64,000 nucleotides of DNA from Bacteroidales bacterium UBA1205 (GTDB lineage: Bacteria; Bacteroidota; Bacteroidia; Bacteroidales; WCHB1-69), in NCBI GenBank assembly GCA_002309615.1, contig DBXT01000042.1, positions 2,154-66,153 of the forward strand. The letters run 5' to 3'. Positions within the stretch are counted from its first letter, which is position 1; each line of letters begins with the position of its first letter. The position numbers were made by a program, and so were the translations under genes. Positions 58,542-64,000 of this stretch are shown one piece after another. The notes beneath the pieces were generated by a model, which was not told the DNA's origin, did not search any database, and saw only the letters and a list, made by a program, of their open reading frames with translations.

Positions 58542-59534
58542 ATGAAAATAGGATTGATAGGAGCTACAGGATTAGTGGGCGGTGTTATGCTCAAAGTGCT
58601 GGAAGAAAGAGGATTTGGTGATTGCGAACTATATCCTGCCGCTTCGGAACGCTCTATCGGCAAAACCATTACCTTCCACGGAAGACAACTCAAAATGTTA
58701 TCGGTGCAATCGGTGATAGACAGTTGTGTAGATATAGCCATTTTTTCTGCAGGAAGCTCCGCTTCGCTCAAATATGCTCCTTTGTTTGCAGAAAAAGGAA
58801 GCTTTGTTATAGACAATTCCTCCGCATGGCGAATGTATGAACACATTCCCTTGGTGGTACCGCAAATCAATGCAGATGTGCTCACCTGTAACGATAAAAT
58901 TATAGCCAACCCTAATTGCTCTACTATACAAATGGTAATGGCATTGGCACCGTTGCATAAAGCTTACGGCATAAAAAGATTGGTAATTTCCACCTATCAA
59001 TCGGTTACGGGTACAGGCATGAAAGCCATACGCCAGCTCATGAGCGAACGTGCAGGGGAAGCCTGTGAAATGGCTTATCCTTATCCCATAGATATGAATG
59101 TATTGCCTCACGGAGGCAGCTTTGAACCCGACGGATATACCACGGAAGAACTTAAATTGGTTAACGAAACCCGTAAAATACTGCGAGATGAAAACATACA
59201 GATAACCGCTACGGTGGTTCGCGTTCCCGTTCGTGGAGGACACAGCGAGGCTGTAAATGTTGAATTCGCCCGACAATACAACATCCAACACGTACGCCAA
59301 CTGCTACAACAAATGCCGGGGCTTACCGTCATAGACAATCCCGCCGAGAACTTATACCCCATGCCGCTTTTCTGCGAAGGGAAAGACGATGTGTTTGTCG
59401 GCCGCATACGCAAAGACGACAGCAGGGAAAACTGCATGAACCTTTGGATAGTTGCCGACAACCTCCGAAAGGGTGCCGCCACCAATGCCATAGAAATAGC
59501 CCAATATATAGTTAAACAAGGTTGGATAAAATAA
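58542..59534 (+). CDS. asd: Aspartate-semialdehyde dehydrogenase
   Basis: 'KIGLIGATGLVGG', 'IIANPNCSTIQM' with the catalytic Cys, and 'RVPVRGGHS'. Confidence 0.93.
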   Translation: MKIGLIGATGLVGGVMLKVLEERGFGDCELYPAASERSIGKTITFHGRQLKMLSVQSVIDSCVDIAIFSAGSSASLKYAPLFAEKGSFVIDNSSAWRMYEHIPLVVPQINADVLTCNDKIIANPNCSTIQMVMALAPLHKAYGIKRLVISTYQSVTGTGMKAIRQLMSERAGEACEMAYPYPIDMNVLPHGGSFEPDGYTTEELKLVNETRKILRDENIQITATVVRVPVRGGHSEAVNVEFARQYNIQHVRQLLQQMPGLTVIDNPAENLYPMPLFCEGKDDVFVGRIRKDDSRENCMNLWIVADNLRKGAATNAIEIAQYIVKQGWIK

Positions 59535-59541
59535 GTCAAAT

Positions 59542-61827
59542 ATGAAATTCCGTTCATTGCTTATCGTTACCTTATGTTCATGTTTTATAGCGGCATCGGC
59601 CCAAAAGGTAGGACTTGTTCTTAGCGGGGGCGGAGCCAAAGGCATGGCTCATTTGGGTGTGATTAAAGCATTGGAAGAAAACGGCATACCCATAGACTAT
59701 ATAACCGGCACTTCCATGGGAGCCATAGTGGGCGGACTTTACGCCTCCGGCTATTCGGTAGAAGATATGGAAGCCATTTTTTCCGATCCCGAATTTGACA
59801 ATTGGATTAAAGGAAATATCAACGATAAATACATCTATTTTTTTCGACAGGAACCCCCTAATTCAGCATGGGTGAAATTCCGATTCGCCATTGACTCTTC
59901 CAAATTCAATCCATTAATACCTGTCAATATCATCACCCCCATACAAATGGATTTCGCCTTTTTGGAAATATTTTCACAAGCCGATGCCATATCCAAGGGT
60001 AATTTTGACAGCCTGTTTGTCCCTTTCAGATGCGTTGCCACTAATATAACCGAAAGCAAAGAAGCCGTATTGTCAAGCGGATGCCTCAAAGATGCCATTC
60101 GTGCCTCCATGACTTTTCCTTTCTATTTCAGACCTATAGAAATAGATAGCAACCTCATGTATGACGGCGGAATGATAAACAATTTTCCTATTGATGTAAT
60201 GCAAAAGGATTTTAATCCCGATTATATCATTGCCGTTGCGGTAGCCAAAACCAATAGCGACCCTTCTGATGAAAATTTGCTGTCCGTACTCAACAGCATG
60301 CTTATGGCAAAACAATTTTATTGTATGGACGACAGCCTTGCCGGTATAGTGATATGCCCCGATGTTCCCAATCTCAACGTTACCGACTTCACCCGCGGAC
60401 GTAAACTGATAGAAGTGGGTTATCAAACATTGCTCGACAGTTTGCACGCCATTCCCGATAATCTCAAACACCTGCGTTCGGCTGACAGCGTGAACCTTCG
60501 CCGCAAAGAATTCCTTAGCCGGCAAACGGAAATATATATCAACAAGGTCAATGCCAAGGGAGTGCAAAAAAACGAAACTGCAGCCGCAAAAAACATCATT
60601 TTCAATGATGCTCATATCATTGATTTGAATACTTTTAAAAATCGTTATTTCAGACTTTTAAACGAAGAATACATCAGTAACATCTATCCCACACTGCAAA
60701 AAAACGAAGACGACCCCTATTTTACCGCCAATTTAAACATTTCTCTTAACAAACCCTTCCAAGTAAAATTCGGCGGGTACATCACCACGAACGCATACAC
60801 CACTTTCTACGCTATGCTGCGATACGATTTTTGGAAACGTTATTTTATGAATGTTACGGCAGAAGCCCATTTCGGACGCTTTTACAATTCCATTGTAGGC
60901 TCTTTCCGTATCAGCAACCCCACTCAGCATATCAACGACCAAACCATTTCCGTAGGATACAGCCGATGGGATCATTTTAAAAGCACGCGTATGTTTTTAG
61001 AAAGCGACAATCCTTCTTTTTTGGTAAATGAAGAGGTGATTGTTAACTATGCCGTTGCCACCCCTATCGGTAATAAGGCCAAGTTTTGTGCTCACTTGGG
61101 CTTTGTCAACAACAAGAGTAAATTTTATACCAATAATGCATATTCCCAAAACGATACCTTTAATGTTAACCGCGTGGTATTGTTAGCACCCAAAATATAT
61201 TATGAATACAACACCTTGGATATAAAATTTTTCCCCACCAAAGGCATGCGTGCTTATATAGGAGCAAGCTATTTTGTGGGAACGGAACAAAACCGCCCCG
61301 GTTCTCATTCCTCGGAAACCATTAACAAAAACTATTTCAGAAACTGGTTTTCCGTCAATGTGGAATATGAATACAATTTCAAAATAGCCCGTTTTTATTC
61401 TTTGGGCTTATCCTCCACTTTCGCTTGGTCAAACATCCCGCGTATGAGCAGTTACACTGCTACAAAACTACGTTGTACGGCATTCAGGCCCACTCATGAA
61501 AGCAATATGCTCTACCTGCCCTTCTATCGCGACCCTTCATTTATCACCGCAGGATTAAGCAATAGTTTTGTGCTATACAAAAATTTACAACTTCGCGTGG
61601 CCGGCTATTATTATCAACCGTTTTATGCTATAGTAAAAGTCAACAACGATAAATGCGATTTCAGTCAATTATGTGAAAAACGTTCTTTTATCATTTACGG
61701 GTCATTGGCTTACACCACCAAATTAGGACCTATCAGCATCAACCTGTCTTACTATGCACACAACGACCCTAAATGGATATTCAATATCAGTTTCGGCTAT
61801 TTGTTTTTTAATCACAGAATATTCTAA
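59542..61827 (+). CDS. Patatin-like phospholipase fused to a C-terminal outer-membrane beta-barrel
   Basis: A signal peptide, 'GLVLSGGGAKGMAHLG' and 'GTSMGA' (catalytic Ser), 'YDGGMINNFP' (Asp), and a ~400 aa beta-rich C-terminus ending in aromatic residues. Confidence 0.85.
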   Translation: MKFRSLLIVTLCSCFIAASAQKVGLVLSGGGAKGMAHLGVIKALEENGIPIDYITGTSMGAIVGGLYASGYSVEDMEAIFSDPEFDNWIKGNINDKYIYFFRQEPPNSAWVKFRFAIDSSKFNPLIPVNIITPIQMDFAFLEIFSQADAISKGNFDSLFVPFRCVATNITESKEAVLSSGCLKDAIRASMTFPFYFRPIEIDSNLMYDGGMINNFPIDVMQKDFNPDYIIAVAVAKTNSDPSDENLLSVLNSMLMAKQFYCMDDSLAGIVICPDVPNLNVTDFTRGRKLIEVGYQTLLDSLHAIPDNLKHLRSADSVNLRRKEFLSRQTEIYINKVNAKGVQKNETAAAKNIIFNDAHIIDLNTFKNRYFRLLNEEYISNIYPTLQKNEDDPYFTANLNISLNKPFQVKFGGYITTNAYTTFYAMLRYDFWKRYFMNVTAEAHFGRFYNSIVGSFRISNPTQHINDQTISVGYSRWDHFKSTRMFLESDNPSFLVNEEVIVNYAVATPIGNKAKFCAHLGFVNNKSKFYTNNAYSQNDTFNVNRVVLLAPKIYYEYNTLDIKFFPTKGMRAYIGASYFVGTEQNRPGSHSSETINKNYFRNWFSVNVEYEYNFKIARFYSLGLSSTFAWSNIPRMSSYTATKLRCTAFRPTHESNMLYLPFYRDPSFITAGLSNSFVLYKNLQLRVAGYYYQPFYAIVKVNNDKCDFSQLCEKRSFIIYGSLAYTTKLGPISINLSYYAHNDPKWIFNISFGYLFFNHRIF

Positions 61828-61853
61828 TTTACAATCATATAAACATATATATT

Positions 61854-63467
61854 ATGCATTTTAAACACATACTGATTTTTGCTGTTATTTTTGTCAACCA
61901 CTATATTTTATGTAGTCAAATCACCATAGAAGAAGACCTTGTAGGAGGCAATTGCACCTCTATTATGGTAGGGCGGAAAGCTTCTGCCGACGGCTCTGTT
62001 ATCACCTCACACACTTGTGATGGCAAATATAGAACGTGGGTCACCATGGAGCCCGCCCGCGATTACAAGAAAGGCGATATGCACAAAGTGTACAAAGGCA
62101 CCATGCACACCGAAACGCCCAACAGCATGGAGAAAGTAAGCCTTGCCGGCGAAATACCGGAAGCGGAACACACCTACGCTTATCTTAACACCGCCTACCC
62201 TTGTATGAATGAAAAACAATTGGCAATGGGCGAAAGCACCTTCTCCGGTCCCGACACCCTTATCAACAAGAATGCCATGTTTTTAATAGAAGAATTGCAA
62301 CGCATAGCCTTACAACGCTGCGACAACGCACGTGATGCTATCAAACTGATAGGCTCACTCATCAAAGAATATGGTTATGCCGATGGCGGAGAATGTATTA
62401 CCATAGCTGATAAAAAAGAAGTGTGGCAAATGGAAATTTTGGGAGAAGGTCCTGATAAAATAGGCGGTATATGGGTGGCCCAACGCGTTCCCGATGACGA
62501 AGTGGCCGTAAGCTGTAATATTGCCCGAATAGGCAAACTTGATCGTAATAATCCCGACTATTTTCTTTGTTCGGATAATATAGAAAAAGTGGCTAAAAAA
62601 TACGGCTTATGGAACGGGAAAGACGAATTTGTATGGTGGAAAACATTCTCTTCATCTTATGCCAACGGTAAAAATCATAAAGAAAGAGAATGGTATATTT
62701 TCAACGAATTGGCCCCGTCACTTCATTTGGACATCAATGCAGAAGAACTGCCTTTTTCCGTTAAACCCGAAAAAAAGGTGGATGTTCGCACCGTGATGAA
62801 ATTATTTAGAGCCAACTACGAAGGTTGTGCATTATTAGACCAAACCAAAAACCTGCGTATCCCCACCCAACGCAAGGATAAAGACAACAATATTATCAAA
62901 GATACCATAGTATGTCCCAATGCCAACCCGTGGATGGACGGGAATGAAAGAGCTTTGTATAATGCGCTGTCTCCGGAAAGCATTACCTTCTACCGCGGTG
63001 TTGCTATGTCTTGGTGTTCATACTCCCATATTATACAATGCAGAGACTGGTTACCCGATGAAATCGGCGGTGTATGCTGGTGGTCGGTGGAGAATCCGGG
63101 GCAAAGTCCCAGAATACCCATTTTTGCTGGCAGCACACAATTACCGGAAGGTTTTAACATCTGCGGGCACGCCCGCTATAATGACAATGCCGTATTGTGG
63201 CACTACCGCAAGGCCAACAAATTGGCGCAGGTAAAATGGGGATATACCAAAAAAACCATGTACGACAATATCAATAGATATGAAGAAAAGGCATTGGCGG
63301 AATTGCCGGCATTGGAAAACCAAGTGAAAACATTGCTCCAAAACAACCAACGACAAGAAGCTCAAAAGGTGCTCAATCAATATACTTCCGATTTCGCCGG
63401 AGCCACCCGACAAACATGGGCTAAAATGGAACATACTTTTTGGGAAAGTTTTTGGACAGGATTTTAA
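61854..63467 (+). CDS. C69-family dipeptidase
   Basis: A signal peptide followed by 'GGNCTSIMVGRKASADGSV' (N-terminal nucleophile Cys after processing). Length is 537 aa. Confidence 0.85.
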   Translation: MHFKHILIFAVIFVNHYILCSQITIEEDLVGGNCTSIMVGRKASADGSVITSHTCDGKYRTWVTMEPARDYKKGDMHKVYKGTMHTETPNSMEKVSLAGEIPEAEHTYAYLNTAYPCMNEKQLAMGESTFSGPDTLINKNAMFLIEELQRIALQRCDNARDAIKLIGSLIKEYGYADGGECITIADKKEVWQMEILGEGPDKIGGIWVAQRVPDDEVAVSCNIARIGKLDRNNPDYFLCSDNIEKVAKKYGLWNGKDEFVWWKTFSSSYANGKNHKEREWYIFNELAPSLHLDINAEELPFSVKPEKKVDVRTVMKLFRANYEGCALLDQTKNLRIPTQRKDKDNNIIKDTIVCPNANPWMDGNERALYNALSPESITFYRGVAMSWCSYSHIIQCRDWLPDEIGGVCWWSVENPGQSPRIPIFAGSTQLPEGFNICGHARYNDNAVLWHYRKANKLAQVKWGYTKKTMYDNINRYEEKALAELPALENQVKTLLQNNQRQEAQKVLNQYTSDFAGATRQTWAKMEHTFWESFWTGF

Positions 63468-63523
63468 CACCTGCCTCCTGATATTTCCACTACTATAATT
63501 TTACCCGAAACCTGTTTTTGGAC

Positions 63524-64000
63524 ATGTCCGTTATAGTACACATAGATTGTAACGCTTTCTTTGCAAGTTGTGAAATAGCCACACAACCGGAATTACAGCA
63601 TTTGCCTGTAGTGGTGGCCAATGTTAACGAAACAGGTGGCGGAGTGATATTGGCACTCAATGAAAAAGCAAAAGCATTGGGGCTCAAAAGAGGTATACCG
63701 CTATTTAAGATAAAAAACATTTTATCGCAACACCCTGTACATGTGTGCCCTGTTGACCATAAAAAATACCAACGCATATCACAACAAATCATGCACATAG
63801 TATTGCGACAAGCTATCGTTTTGGATTTCCGGCAATATTCCGTTGATGAATTTTTCGGAACCCTTCCCTTGAACGAACCTCAAGAGATAAGAAAATATGT
63901 GCAAATGGTAAAAGACACTATCACCAACGAAAGCAAAATCCCTGTAAGTTGCGGTTGTTCCTCCACCTATACGCTGGCAAAAATCGCCACCCACTATGCC
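63524..64000 (+). CDS. Y-family DNA polymerase (UmuC/DinB-like), N-terminal part; runs off the window
   Basis: This ORF is not in the track because it has no stop in the window. It starts at ATG 63524 and translates as MSVIVHIDCNAFFASCEIATQPELQHLPVVVAN...YSVDEFFG, the palm motifs of Y-family polymerases. It is in frame to base 64000. Confidence 0.85.
   Translation, partial: MSVIVHIDCNAFFASCEIATQPELQHLPVVVANVNETGGGVILALNEKAKALGLKRGIPLFKIKNILSQHPVHVCPVDHKKYQRISQQIMHIVLRQAIVLDFRQYSVDEFFGTLPLNEPQEIRKYVQMVKDTITNESKIPVSCGCSSTYTLAKIATHYA

Overview
This window is a chromosomal segment from a Bacteroidota genome, probably Bacteroidales-like. The supporting signs are AT-rich DNA, no obvious Shine-Dalgarno sites, recurrent TAnnTTTG (-7) promoter boxes, and a Bacteroidota-typical gene set. 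About 55 genes and one tRNA-Ser(GGA) are present, nearly all housekeeping. In order they are: an EF-G-family 3' end; parA-parB-DUF5683-dapB-lepB; tatD and ansA; an exbB-exbD-exbD cluster; guaB followed by three PPIase/SurA-like genes and moxR; pgk, dnaB, lysS and ispG; coaE and gcvH; skp-bamA-uppS plus two OM beta-barrels; rimO; a nucleoid-associated protein; wbpB/wbpD-like genes; a Na/Pi transporter; relA/spoT; queG; asd; a patatin-barrel fusion; a C69 dipeptidase; and the 5' part of a Y-family polymerase.

Two stretches look accessory.

(1) ~30.95-37.25 kb, between a Wzi-like outer-membrane gene and coaE. A ~330 bp diverged duplication of the wzi-like 5' end plus promoter brackets an AAA-ATPase/DUF4143 gene. 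It is followed by a visibly more AT-rich minus-strand cassette: a ~300 nt strongly structured non-coding RNA candidate with promoter-like and terminator-like signals, then an exported trypsin-like (S1) serine protease with extra domains, then an AbiK/UG-like reverse transcriptase (YRDD). Imperfect direct repeats and clusters of GC-rich hairpins flank the cassette. This RNA-protease-RT unit is the best candidate for an undescribed RT-based, possibly anti-phage, system.

(2) ~50.1-52.16 kb. An AT-rich two-gene insert (a Cys-rich duplicated-module lipoprotein plus a small lipoprotein) is bracketed by a 12 bp direct repeat.

No rRNA, CRISPR array, transposase or integrase was seen. All functional calls come from reading motifs in the supplied translations; no database search was run.
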